Shown here in pieces: positions 19,901-29,098 of a stretch of DNA of 64,000 nt. The first letter of the stretch is position 1. The number at the start of each line of letters is the position of its first letter. Origin of the DNA: an uncultured Clostridia bacterium (lineage in GTDB: Bacteria > Bacillota > Clostridia > Christensenellales > UBA1242); contig CALWKE010000002.1 of the NCBI GenBank assembly GCA_944381185.1, positions 302,882 to 366,881 of the forward strand. Reading direction: 5' to 3'. The notes under the pieces are model-generated. The model ran no database searches and had not been told where the DNA came from. It worked only from the letters and a program-made list of their open reading frames with translations. Made by a program: the position numbers and the translations under genes.

Positions 19901-22900
19901 TGCCTGATGATTTAATATAAAAGTCAAATGATAATTGAGTTGTAAGATTATTAAATTCTAGTAATTCCTTTCGTTTAGAATAATCAAAATATTGAGTTGC
20001 ATCAAACCAAGAACTTGTTGAATTCCAAGTGTTTGAAGTTGAATCATACCTGTTGATTCCATTATTAAAGCCATCATCAACCCTGTTGTCACCATCAAAG
20101 TTTTGAGAGCCCCAGCCAATAAATGTGTAACCGTCCATTGAAAGAGAACCAGTTAATTCAGTCATTGAATCATAAGGGAATGATTGTGGTTTTAAAGTAT
20201 TAACTTGTTCAGGTTTAGTTGAAGATTCACCATAGTTTTCATGATAAACAATATTAACATTATTGGCCATTGAATAAAAGTTAACTGAAAAACTATTTGA
20301 AAGCAAAGCTATAGCATTTTCAGCATTATAGTTTTCATTACTATTTTCAGTTGAATAAAAACTTACCAAATAATATGGATTGTTTCCGTCATAAACATAA
20401 GAAATCTTAACGTAAATTCTAGCACCACGAATTTGTATAGCAAGAGAACTTTGATCAGGATATTTTGAACTGTAATTATTTTTAATACTGGTAACATTAA
20501 TTGAAGTTATACCGTAATCTACAGTAACAATATCAATATATTGCAAATAATATCCCGGAATTTCGTAATACTTAAATTGAAGTTTATAGCCCGGCACAAC
20601 TTTTTGGTCATGATATGAAGTGTTAAGCCCTGTCTTTTCTTTATCAATATTCTGCCAATTAAGCGTAGTATCATTAATATTTATATCAATATTGGTTAAA
20701 GCTGTATTGTTAAACCAAGAGCCAACCTTATTATAATCATTATTTGTATAATCTAATTGATAATATGTTCTATCTTGGTTTCCACTTGTGTATCTCCAAG
20801 AGAAGTATAAATCATTTGTTTTATCATTGTTATAATAAACAGATTGACCTTGAGCTCCAGTCTCACTATATGAAAGTTGACCAGTTTGTTCAGTTGCATC
20901 ATAATAACTGCCTAAATTAGCATTAGAAATATAAGAATTTGTTGTAAGTGTAACTTGATTTTCTGCAATATTAAGTAACAACAAATATTTTTTAGCACTT
21001 TCAAATTCGCTCATTGTTTTAACAATACTAAAGAAGTCAACATACTTATTAGCTTTGTCCCTACTGCCTCTCATATATATGTATGTCAACAAATCATTAG
21101 ATCTAATTTCCTCATAGTTTAAATGTGCGTTTGTTGTTTTTCTTCCTTCAAGTTCCCCAATATTGCCAAAGCCTGATTTAAATGGGTTTGAATTTGAAGA
21201 TGTTGTTTCATCATAATTATAAACAAGAGGATTAGTGAAATATAATGAATAGTCACTTCCTGTTGCAAATATTTTAAAACCATTCTTCAATAAGTTTGCT
21301 TCACCAACAAAGATAACTCTGTAAACTTGATTAGAATCAATATTAGATGTTCTAACTAACAGCCCGTCAACATTAGACATATCAAAAACATCATTCCAAC
21401 CATTATTGTTAACTAAAATATGAATTCGTTCACTTATTCCTGTATTAGTATTAATTTCTAACAACTGGTTATAAGATTGATTATTAATGTCACCTGCATT
21501 AAAATCAAATTCAACATAAGACTTTGTTTTCACATCAATTTGAATATTTCCATAAATACCTGAAATCATCAAATAGAATGTTTCAATGCCATGTTCAGTG
21601 GCGTTGTCATCAACCCAATTAACAGATGAATGTTCAGCAAAATAAATGCCATATTTAAAGTCTGTTGAGTTGCCATTGCTATCCAAAATATTACGAGCAC
21701 TTAAGTAATTTAAACCTGTTCTATTATAAGTTATGTGATAACTTGCAGAACCAACGCCACCAGAGGCGTAATAATATTGATAATTTTCATTTAATGTAAA
21801 ACTATTATTATTTAGACCTAAATTAAACAATGTTGACTCATATTCACCGTCTTTATCTAAATCAAGTCTAACCACAATAGAACTAATAATATATCCATCA
21901 TTTGGTGCAAATTTGAAATAACTAGTGTCTACAGGTTGAATGTTGCCAAAAGTATTTCCTTCGGTATAGTCTCCATTTTTATTATATTGATAACTTATAG
22001 TTTTATCATTAGTATCAAACTTATCATTAGTGTTGTTTGCCCCAACCACAACATTAATTTCATTATTAAAGTTAGAGAACGTGAATTGAAAACTCAAATT
22101 ATCATCTGCTTGAACACCTGATGTTCTGTCAATATAGAAGAAATACATAACTTCATAATTACTATTGTTTCTTGCAAAATAAAGATTTATAATTCCCTTT
22201 GTGTCAATAGTAATCTCAAATTCTTGCAAAACAGTATAAGTAGTTCCCTTGTAATTGATTGAATTTAGTGTGTGCCTGTCAACTTCACCCCAGCGACTAT
22301 CCATATTGAGTGTCAATTCACCCAGCTCTGTTGACCCAGCAGTAAATGCCCTGCTTAATGACATATAATATATAACATTGTTAATTCGAACAGAACTTAA
22401 ATAAGAAATCAAATCATAATATGTTCTACCTGAAGTGCTTCCTCCAGAATACTTGTCAACAGCTGAAATATCTTTTTGATTTGGTTTAACTGCAACAATT
22501 TGAGTGTTGTTATGATTTTGACGATTTGTCGCACTCGAATTTTCACTATTGCTTGCATAATAATAAGCCAACCATTTTGGCGAATTAACAACATAGATCA
22601 CATTTGAACCAAATTCACTATCACTTACTGTATTTTTCCATTGGTCAACTGTTCCATTAGTATTAAGTTTATAATAATAATTTGAAATAAGATTTGAATT
22701 AGAAAATCTATAACGAACACCATTAATCCAAATATAATATTTGGTGTTTCCATCACCTTTTTCTGATTGAATAGGTTGAACATTAAGTGCTAAATGAGAA
22801 CCATCACCACCATTTTCAGAAGTTGAAGTAAATGTGTTGTTTCCTAAATAATAATTAGACCTTGCTCTTGCAATAACTTTAAAGCCAAAAAGCCCGACTT

Positions 22901-25900
22901 GATTAACTGTATTTTCATTATAAACATATCCCGATCCATTATTATCATTTTCATCATGAGCGTAATAACAATCTTCAACAGAAATTGAAATTGAACTAGT
23001 ACTATTATTGTATGAATATGAAAATTTATTATAAGTGCTATTAGACCCTAAATAATATTTGCCACCACTAATAGTTTTTAAAGATAGTTCACCACCTGTT
23101 GGTTTTCCGCTAGAATTTTCAACCCTATAGTAAATTCTTGTATTTCCGCCGTCATCAATGTCAATATAAATTGTTGCTGTTTTAAGCGTTCCACTTTCAA
23201 TATATCCAAAATGCTGAATTTCAATTTGTTTAAGCCTATAATCGTCAATGTTTTGAATGCTAATAGTCAAGTTAATCGTTCCCATTGACTTAACATCAAA
23301 CCTATCACCAGTTATTGTTCGATCATTTTTATTATTAAATTCTTGACCAATAACAATGCTAGCACCTTCTCCCCTCGTGCCCAAATTAACACTATCATCA
23401 TCTTTTGCAGTAACTTGATATATAACATCAACTTCACTTGTGTTTATTTGATTTTGTTTGTTTTGGTCACTTGTTGAACCACCTGTTAAGTATTCAGTTC
23501 CAACATCAACAAAATATGATTTTGGCAAATATGCCGCAACAAAAGTGATTTGTCCACCATTTTCAAGTTTATTTTCATCAATAAGTTCACCTAATGTTAC
23601 ATTAGTTTTCAAAGGATCAACAACTCTATCACCAATTTTTAAAAGCCATGCAGAAATCTGCCAAGATGATTGAAGTGTTATCAAATCATTGTGTGCATCT
23701 GAAGTTCCTTCATCATCCATTAAGATATCATACCAATTTTTGCCAAAACTTTCACCTTTTACTATTAATTTTCTAATATTACCATTAAGTCCAACAAACT
23801 CAAAATTAAATGAATAATCTCCATCTCGCTTATCAATTCCACCCACATAATAATAACTTATGTTAGATTCAGTATATCTATCAACTTTATTACCTTTAAA
23901 TGAAATGCTAAAGCCAGATGTGGTATGCAAATCTTTAATTTCAGCATTAATATAGTTATATGATGAATTTGCGTTTGGTAAATATTCATATCCATTAACT
24001 TTTGTATTACTATTTATATTAGAGCCACTATAATTTGCAAACTCAAACCGAATGTAATAATTATTTTCCGTCCACTTCGCCGTAAAATAAACCGTTGCAT
24101 TTTTATCACTATGTAAATTCATAAACCAATTTTCGCCGGCATTAGTTTCCCCTGTCGTGCTGGAGTTATCAAAATATTTTGCACTTGATGAACTCGTTCC
24201 ATATTTCTTGGTAATACCACTTTTCATACCACTAATTGACCAACCATCAAAAGTATAACCTGTTTTTGTTGGAACTTTAACGGTAAAACCAGAATCGTAT
24301 GTTGCTGAAATCGTTTCATTATCTTCACCATTGCCATAATTAATATAAATACTATATTTATTAGGCGTCCAATGAGCATAAACTCTATATGGTGCATAAC
24401 AATCATAATTTTCTTTTTTACTTCCACCATTTGCAGCAGTATACCAACCTGCAAATGAATATCCTACCTTTTCAACACCATAGTCATCATTTAAATCAAC
24501 ATATGAACCATATTTATATGTAGTGGTTTTTGTAGTTTTTGTTGTATTATTTTCATTAAAAACGCCACCATTCCCTTCAAATTTAATTGTATATGAAAAT
24601 TTACCATATCCAGAAGTATAATATGGTCCTTTGAAATTAAGACTATTCCATACATAATATGCATTATTTTCATAAATTTTATAAGTAACTTTTGTATAGT
24701 AATTCCCATTAATCACATTAGAATATGTAGGAGTTTGTATAACTTTATTTGACAAGTATTTTTTATCACTTTCTTTATAACTATCAGGGGGACGATGATA
24801 ACATTTTAGAATTGAAACCTTTCCATTTCCGCCATGCGAAGAAGAAAGATATACAGTTTTATCATTGGCAAAATTTACATCAAATAGAAAAGCTGACAGA
24901 TAATAACCATCATTTAAATAAATTTTTATCCACCAATCATGATGATCACCAACCCAGTTTCCTTCATCATATGATTCCAAATAACCAAGACTTGATCCAC
25001 TTGATGTATAAAGATCAGTTCTATCTGTATCTGCATAAGGTGTAATATTATTTTTATTTAAAATTTGATAAATTTCTGATAGATCTTCATCTGTAAAATT
25101 AAATAAACCATTAATACCTTTAATTTTTATTACATAATCAGGCTTATTGCTTCCTGATTTATAAAATTCAATAATAATTTGGTTCAATGTTTGTGATGCA
25201 AATTCCCACCTTTCAAATTCGTCTAAAATTTGAGTTCCGTCTAAAAGAGCTAAAGAATAATTATTATCATCAACCAATCCAACAACCATACCCAAACCAT
25301 AATTCATAAGTTGAGTAAAATTATTATCATATTGATAACCAACAAATTCCGATACACTTTCAGTTTTTAAATTTAAATAGTAATATCTATTATCAGTTAT
25401 TCCAATAGCATAGCCATTATAATTTGTTAAAATTTCATTAAATACATAATCACTAGTCTCATCAAAAATCTTATTGCCTTTTGCATCAAAAATTCCATAA
25501 ATGCCAAAATTATTATCATGATAAACAAAATAATTTTCACTATAATCATTATTATCATTAAGTTTTATTTGATTAGATTCAAAATCAAACTTTGACACCA
25601 TTTTATTTTGATCATTTAATTCATAAAAACCACTGCTTCTTAAAAATATTTTTCCACTTGCATGTAAAATAACTTCATTTTGTGTTGATTCATAACTAAA
25701 CAATAAACTATTTTCATCATCATAATATTTACTTAAAAACTCGTATTCTAAAGTATTATTAATGCCAATTTTTTGTTCGCAAATATAGTAAAAATTATCA
25801 GTATTACTATTTCCAAATAGATTTAACTTTGCAAAGCCATCATTCAATTTTAAAGGTGTTTCTTTAATTTCATTTTCCACAAAATCTATAACAATATAAG

Positions 25901-26942
25901 AATAATTAACAAAACTATTTTCTTCTTTAATTGATGTTGTTATAATTTTATTATCTTTAACATATTCTTTTATTTCTATTAAATATTTATTATCATTTAT
26001 TTCGTTTGCATTATAAATTAAATTATTCCCAGAATCATTTTTGGTTGATTTTTCATAAGACTTAAACCCATTTTCTGTTAAATAATAAATTACATATTTT
26101 TTATCTGTTAAAAGTGAAAAGAATGTTTCTGAAGTATCAAGAATAGATGGTTGGTCAGGTTCATTAAAATTAAAATAATTATCTTCAATTTTATTAAAAT
26201 CTTCTAATTTAATAATATTATCATTGTTTGGAAGATTCATATAATAAACATCAAAATAACTATCACCTGTTTCTAAATTAATATTTTTATATATAGACAA
26301 AATTAAATAATTATCATAAAGAGCAATTTCTAAAGAAGAGCCATTAATATATAATAAATTTTCTTTACCTGTTGTATCATAACTAAAAATTTCAACAGGT
26401 CTATTTCCACCAATATAAATTATATTATAATAAAAGTCATTATAAGTATCTTCTCTTTGAGTTAACACACTTCTTATTGCAACATAATTATTTGTGTGTG
26501 CAATAACTGAATAAGATACAGAATTATCTTGAACAAAGCCACCATTTGAAACTGTATCTGTTAAATTGTAATATGTATAACCATCCCCATTTTGTTTATA
26601 CATATAAAAAATTTCGTTATATGTTTCTTCTTCTGTATCTGGAGAAATTCCTGTTACTTCACGATAGTTAAAATAATTATCGCCATATGAAATTATATCA
26701 TCAATTGAACAAATTGATGAATATGCCGTGTTAGTTATAACTTCATACTCTGGATTATCATAACCATTATTTATATAATTTTCAAAATTTTGCAATGTTA
26801 TAGAAGAGATTGAATTTCCTGGATTTGTTGGTTGTTTTTTGTTGTTATTGTGAATGATTATGCCAACAACAACGCCGACCAAAACAGCCACAACACAAAC
26901 TGTGGCAATAATCGCTTTAACTGAATTTCTTAATCTTCTCAT
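13938..26942 (-). CDS. Giant surface protein, paralog 2 (4334 aa)
   Basis: Long ORF; ATG at 26942 with GAGGTG RBS; N-terminal hydrophobic helix, WG-like motif (YGIFDAKGNKIF), Flg_new-like GYxFxGW repeats; no LPXTG or SLH seen. Confidence 0.92.
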   Translation of the reverse strand: MRRLRNSVKAIIATVCVVAVLVGVVVGIIIHNNNKKQPTNPGNSISSITLQNFENYINNGYDNPEYEVITNTAYSSICSIDDIISYGDNYFNYREVTGISPDTEEETYNEIFYMYKQNGDGYTYYNLTDTVSNGGFVQDNSVSYSVIAHTNNYVAIRSVLTQREDTYNDFYYNIIYIGGNRPVEIFSYDTTGKENLLYINGSSLEIALYDNYLILSIYKNINLETGDSYFDVYYMNLPNNDNIIKLEDFNKIEDNYFNFNEPDQPSILDTSETFFSLLTDKKYVIYYLTENGFKSYEKSTKNDSGNNLIYNANEINDNKYLIEIKEYVKDNKIITTSIKEENSFVNYSYIVIDFVENEIKETPLKLNDGFAKLNLFGNSNTDNFYYICEQKIGINNTLEYEFLSKYYDDENSLLFSYESTQNEVILHASGKIFLRSSGFYELNDQNKMVSKFDFESNQIKLNDNNDYSENYFVYHDNNFGIYGIFDAKGNKIFDETSDYVFNEILTNYNGYAIGITDNRYYYLNLKTESVSEFVGYQYDNNFTQLMNYGLGMVVGLVDDNNYSLALLDGTQILDEFERWEFASQTLNQIIIEFYKSGSNKPDYVIKIKGINGLFNFTDEDLSEIYQILNKNNITPYADTDRTDLYTSSGSSLGYLESYDEGNWVGDHHDWWIKIYLNDGYYLSAFLFDVNFANDKTVYLSSSHGGNGKVSILKCYHRPPDSYKESDKKYLSNKVIQTPTYSNVINGNYYTKVTYKIYENNAYYVWNSLNFKGPYYTSGYGKFSYTIKFEGNGGVFNENNTTKTTKTTTYKYGSYVDLNDDYGVEKVGYSFAGWYTAANGGSKKENYDCYAPYRVYAHWTPNKYSIYINYGNGEDNETISATYDSGFTVKVPTKTGYTFDGWSISGMKSGITKKYGTSSSSAKYFDNSSTTGETNAGENWFMNLHSDKNATVYFTAKWTENNYYIRFEFANYSGSNINSNTKVNGYEYLPNANSSYNYINAEIKDLHTTSGFSISFKGNKVDRYTESNISYYYVGGIDKRDGDYSFNFEFVGLNGNIRKLIVKGESFGKNWYDILMDDEGTSDAHNDLITLQSSWQISAWLLKIGDRVVDPLKTNVTLGELIDENKLENGGQITFVAAYLPKSYFVDVGTEYLTGGSTSDQNKQNQINTSEVDVIYQVTAKDDDSVNLGTRGEGASIVIGQEFNNKNDRTITGDRFDVKSMGTINLTISIQNIDDYRLKQIEIQHFGYIESGTLKTATIYIDIDDGGNTRIYYRVENSSGKPTGGELSLKTISGGKYYLGSNSTYNKFSYSYNNSTSSISISVEDCYYAHDENDNNGSGYVYNENTVNQVGLFGFKVIARARSNYYLGNNTFTSTSENGGDGSHLALNVQPIQSEKGDGNTKYYIWINGVRYRFSNSNLISNYYYKLNTNGTVDQWKNTVSDSEFGSNVIYVVNSPKWLAYYYASNSENSSATNRQNHNNTQIVAVKPNQKDISAVDKYSGGSTSGRTYYDLISYLSSVRINNVIYYMSLSRAFTAGSTELGELTLNMDSRWGEVDRHTLNSINYKGTTYTVLQEFEITIDTKGIINLYFARNNSNYEVMYFFYIDRTSGVQADDNLSFQFTFSNFNNEINVVVGANNTNDKFDTNDKTISYQYNKNGDYTEGNTFGNIQPVDTSYFKFAPNDGYIISSIVVRLDLDKDGEYESTLFNLGLNNNSFTLNENYQYYYASGGVGSASYHITYNRTGLNYLSARNILDSNGNSTDFKYGIYFAEHSSVNWVDDNATEHGIETFYLMISGIYGNIQIDVKTKSYVEFDFNAGDINNQSYNQLLEINTNTGISERIHILVNNNGWNDVFDMSNVDGLLVRTSNIDSNQVYRVIFVGEANLLKNGFKIFATGSDYSLYFTNPLVYNYDETTSSNSNPFKSGFGNIGELEGRKTTNAHLNYEEIRSNDLLTYIYMRGSRDKANKYVDFFSIVKTMSEFESAKKYLLLLNIAENQVTLTTNSYISNANLGSYYDATEQTGQLSYSETGAQGQSVYYNNDKTNDLYFSWRYTSGNQDRTYYQLDYTNNDYNKVGSWFNNTALTNIDININDTTLNWQNIDKEKTGLNTSYHDQKVVPGYKLQFKYYEIPGYYLQYIDIVTVDYGITSINVTSIKNNYSSKYPDQSSLAIQIRGARIYVKISYVYDGNNPYYLVSFYSTENSNENYNAENAIALLSNSFSVNFYSMANNVNIVYHENYGESSTKPEQVNTLKPQSFPYDSMTELTGSLSMDGYTFIGWGSQNFDGDNRVDDGFNNGINRYDSTSNTWNSTSSWFDATQYFDYSKRKELLEFNNLTTQLSFDFYIKSSGNQTYFLTDTGNTETENYNFWAAYATIFMDNVGGSALTYTIDLYGIWKANSYILAFDFNDSDAQNGSTKGQISYRGSDFFEGQVAIGNLVLGIINNSEIYFFYVTFDSSNWYAMNAQTATNEIKSAYLGHYESVDQIFVQNNQMQYVIDRYGYSWLGWYFNKKSNAFEDIDSSFNSQGVLFGSKYYSSKLNQSGITLPVLNKSLLNEFNQSGNINDNIDVEFKYYNKNNNNMNAPKIVVFYRYDTGTQNVSTNSNILPSTISVKVSEDYLNSKVGSDKYGFIPGNNQNYLSYFDTSVAYSSYGFDGDNNLYVDRGISENNRYLMLYAYWEVNKYTAVIDWRDNTVVSSLDHIGSTDVTNKSNSEFTIWAYFDDDNENVYNEILGYISNYQTFNYQLNNANPTRVGYDFLGWSLFFYDGDYASTPNSTYNPNDLNKGNTVYSARYEFYNLNNTLVDGVYVSTSGAGLVPLYTNNSMIANGSSFNDYQEILGGDKDSGGAEKEATHYIYIFALWKKQTFYANISLNIDQEELLNLYEQDSRFALAIYNSANLNSRNYLDYSLAINSNNLKDSLTNANLTYKDIVANLNIVFVFDELVKNGYISVNGTKYYLHDLFAVSTGYYFLGWLLKSDDPNSLVVGNTLKTTFANDGKLDNINPNGYSDVGQTLGDSWSADDLVFDYAFYQKLFRSDYKSPTDTRHDFNSDNMTSIEEFDASGASSNFGYVTINGINCYISSEENTNDKGEISYYLYFKYKGTKYYVRFYNSVESDSLSNDHEFLYYSSNRYVVSFDSDGNAYYITTAGDKYTLNDLRINVYNSNGFINSPYNESLKVTSIDGSGILLTCLSTRQFTLYAHWQIKDDFVISMGNGNNASGDNANSTSNPGLSGYYTIQDSDNGTGVAQTSTEKEFGDDDTYSSLDYTFDFYHDLAFDIIPYYNGRFLSEMSFTFYRIEEYTQGTALKFRTSQHILTFKFSWNNENKKIVLQNVSRVTNGATSTPVGFITRQADDGSQTIIFNDTIVNSLLSIVDSSSIDEGFNLSNYAETSTDNYASTYGRRDVNRVYFNFTDVMSNIEISCKFSIQTFQVDFYNILDDNGDTLSLKEGTINVYETTFNEESFNAILSSMNLDDPNYVLRSNLSYGLTKIATISNDVAQTSSSVSYNVPYGYFLYGNYYSSSIVGNRPVDDPEAVGQAYNGYEYIYANGYYNYGSTTTPITSNGTDSYYDQCSPILGNKVAFPTKSMRLDLSFYSFKGWYEYSLDRNKNVLFTEYVQESEATYINRNITLYGYYYAMNRPTNIQFYTWDDDTNSYTAYNGNTEEYTLNSNTENSPFVNENGTLIPKEEQIEYVDDSNYAKINISVQYGFDGLGLENKYTVNDFNDDRSSGGQDYNTLRTLLRTYWFYEETYEVFYFENVDDSKTYICYDEASKNFYYVDENNQKVLVEITTVDNENFYYNIKGNSTKIKLEREEKYRYDYPGAKLYIRVSDADSNGRYYELKEIVYNETVPTNAPESTDWVLSRRPRYYVQIEGDYYYWLPIMQDSSTSAPSTTIYNGEGSSTGLSFTYSIQTLDAYYIIYNNEYYEVVYPTANDEYGSPYVNPETMPGEVTIPVRDDYIQTYYLNFNNKTLCTSADLLIKVDFEHRVYCPVNDNYTINVSLTAGSGGTQSWTSSGITINSLPSPNIGFWYNSEEYGFIGYIYMTDAILTDLKANASDSESGEVTQSGAIYTEFSDYIDIIYDGYDQLYIENLKRAVAERVSEYSLEDFLSALLIANSYVYDTDGSTINFINVNVPITFENIEFLDENNNLQTVSLSVVVEVQFNIISRQTVVSERIYAIPIYSPYVMDFTTDAVKNNEIDSTQIDIESTEMNVWHFERAADTTHVYNRENGDYLQYIVLDKDQYTELYNNSQNIADYLTKMINSNKYVNLDSETIDTSLVSLDFSVDTGEYFVLSFYYKTGSNDYVVRVSDNMLHINSDGNIRYNITTMQEYGLGA

Positions 26943-27005
26943 ACAACACCTCAAATTTTAACATTCGTATTTTATTTATATTTATATAAATAACATCTCA
27001 TAATT

Positions 27006-27034
27006 AGTATATCAAAAGCCCTATATTTTTACAA
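27006..27034 (-). promoter_or_regulatory. SigA-type promoter of paralog 2
   Basis: TTGTAA-N17-TATACT with extended TG. Confidence 0.75.
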
Positions 27035-27088
27035 ATAATTTCCCCCAGTTTTACATAATTATTTATAAAATCACTTTTTATTTTACCC

Positions 27089-27373
27089 TGTCGTCCTGAG
27101 TGCAGCGTTAGCGTAATCGAAGGACCCCCTAACCGTAGACGACCCCCTTGTGTCATTCCGAGCGTAGCCGAGGAATCTCCCTATTTTCCCCGTGTCGTCC
27201 TGAGTGCAGCGTTAGCGTAATCGAAGGACCCCCTAACCGAAGATGTTCAACCCATACAAAGCAAACAAAAACCTAACTCAATATTAAGTGTCGCAGCTCT
27301 AAATGATGAGACCCGTTCGACTCCACTTGTGTTCCGCTCAGGGCGACATGCTCCTTTCTCCTGTCGTCTGAAC
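27089..27373. repeat. REP-like palindromic repeat cluster (left)
   Basis: GC-rich units TGTCRTYCYGAG..CGARGRAYC at 27089, 27151 and 27193; inverted unit 27308-27348; truncated unit at 27362. Confidence 0.85.
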
Positions 27374-27514
27374 AAAAATAACACATTTTTAAACTTATTA
27401 ACAATTAAACAATACTAAAAACATAACAAAAACACGGACTTAACACCGAATTTGACAGCCCGCAAAAAGTTATTAACAAAGTTATTAACAATTTTGTTAG
27501 TTATTTTAACAAAA

Positions 27515-28603
27515 CTACAAAAACAAAAATATCACAAAATTAATAACACCAACTATTGGATATACAATCGTCACAAAAAATTTGAAATCAACAAACCCAA
27601 AAACAAACGGAAGAACAATCGCTAAAGCAGAAGCCCAAAAATTCTTTTTAACAAAAGGCTTAATTTCTTTTTTAACTCCAAACAAACAACCCATAAGTGA
27701 AGATATCAATGCAAGCACAAGTCCAATAACATAAATAAAATATAAAGCACCACCCTTATGTGAAAAGTATTCCAAAAAAGGCATCGAATAATTTGAATAT
27801 CTCATGTTAGCAATCAAAAATAATGAAAATAAAATTAAAACAAAACTCAAAGCAGCAGCAAAAATACCTGAAATTATGTTAATTTGTTTTTTAGAAAACT
27901 TAACATTAAATTCTGCAAGAATTGGCTGAACTTGAATTATATTCATAAAAACATAATTACTTGCAAAAAAAATTGAACCAACCAGCCCAAGAGTTGAAAA
28001 ATCACTTAAATCAAAAATGTAATTTAAGTCGATTTTGCTATCACCAAAACATAAATTTATGCTAAAATTTGCAATAATAAAAATTAAAAAAATCAAAACA
28101 AAATAATCTAACTTATCAAGCCCCTTAATGCCAATCAAAAGCACAACAAACACCAAAGTTAAACATAAAATTATTGGAATAAAATAGTTATCAAAAAATA
28201 ATTTTTTCGCAAGCACTTGAAGCCCTGAAAACATTGCGGCAGAAACCGCAAAACAATTCAAAAACAGCAAAAATCTTTTTATATTAAATTTATTTAAAAA
28301 TGTATTATTTGATATATTTTTATCAAAATTTTGCATTTTTAGCATATTTTGATAATTATTATTTTGAATAAAAATCTTTTTTGTTAAAATAAAAATTAAA
28401 GCAAAAAATATAATACACCCAAGTGGCAAAAACATTTTAAATCTAACAAAAAATTCATAAATTTCAGAACCAGAAATAAACCCAACACCTAAAATTGAAC
28501 ATGAAAACAAAAGCACAATTTTAAGCATAAATTTAGTTGTTATTTTATAACTATTATTAGTTATGTTATTATCACTATTAACTTGCTTGATTTTTGCATT
28601 CAT
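27515..28603 (-). CDS. Polytopic membrane protein, YkvI-like (362 aa)
   Basis: About 10 hydrophobic segments; ILGVGFISGSEIYEFF resembles the YkvI IGAGFASGxEIxxFF motif; C-terminal VYPIVG. Confidence 0.7.
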   Translation of the reverse strand: MNAKIKQVNSDNNITNNSYKITTKFMLKIVLLFSCSILGVGFISGSEIYEFFVRFKMFLPLGCIIFFALIFILTKKIFIQNNNYQNMLKMQNFDKNISNNTFLNKFNIKRFLLFLNCFAVSAAMFSGLQVLAKKLFFDNYFIPIILCLTLVFVVLLIGIKGLDKLDYFVLIFLIFIIANFSINLCFGDSKIDLNYIFDLSDFSTLGLVGSIFFASNYVFMNIIQVQPILAEFNVKFSKKQINIISGIFAAALSFVLILFSLFLIANMRYSNYSMPFLEYFSHKGGALYFIYVIGLVLALISSLMGCLFGVKKEIKPFVKKNFWASALAIVLPFVFGFVDFKFFVTIVYPIVGVINFVIFLFL

Positions 28604-28662
28604 TTATAAAAGTTTATGATAACGTCAACCAAAAAATAACCATATGTGAAATTGAATAATTA

Positions 28663-28992
28663 AGACCCGTTCGACTCCACTTGCGTTCCGCTCAGGGCGA
28701 CATGCTCTTTTTCCCCCGTGTCGTCCTGAGTGCAGCGTCAGCAAAATCGAAAGACCTCCCTCAATCGTAGACGAACCCCTATGTCGTCTTGAGCGTAGCC
28801 GAAAGACCCCCTTATTTTCCCCTGTCGTCCTGAGCGATAGTCGAAGGACCCCCTGACCGAAGATGTGCAACCAATACACAACAAACAAAAACATAACCGT
28901 CTGCACACGCTGGTGTGCTGTCGTCCTGAGTGCAGCGTTAGCGAAATCGAAGGACCCCATAACCGAAGATGTGCAACCCATACACAGCAAAC
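28663..28992. repeat. REP-like palindromic repeat cluster (right)
   Basis: Inverted unit 28663-28702; forward units at 28719, 28782, 28823 and 28919; tail ACCGAAGATGTGCAACC shared with the left cluster. Confidence 0.85.
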
Positions 28993-29065
28993 ATCAAATC
29001 TCACAAAACACCAATAACAAAAAAAACTTTCAAAAACAATTCTCATTCCTTAAATTTAATCACGA

Positions 29066-29095
29066 AAAAAAGCATATCAAATGATATGCTTTTTT
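29066..29095 (-). terminator. Intrinsic terminator of paralog 3
   Basis: AAAAAAGCATATC-aaat-GATATGCTTTTTT immediately after the stop at 29099. Confidence 0.85.
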
Positions 29096-29098
29096 ATT

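Noticed and set aside
27089-28992. Possible CRISPR array
   Set aside because: Units vary in length and orientation, the intervening sequences are themselves repeated, and no cas genes are present; REP-like instead.
28625-29084. ORFs of 121, 102 and 73 aa
   Set aside because: They overlie GC-rich palindromic repeats, have atypical composition and show no clear RBS.
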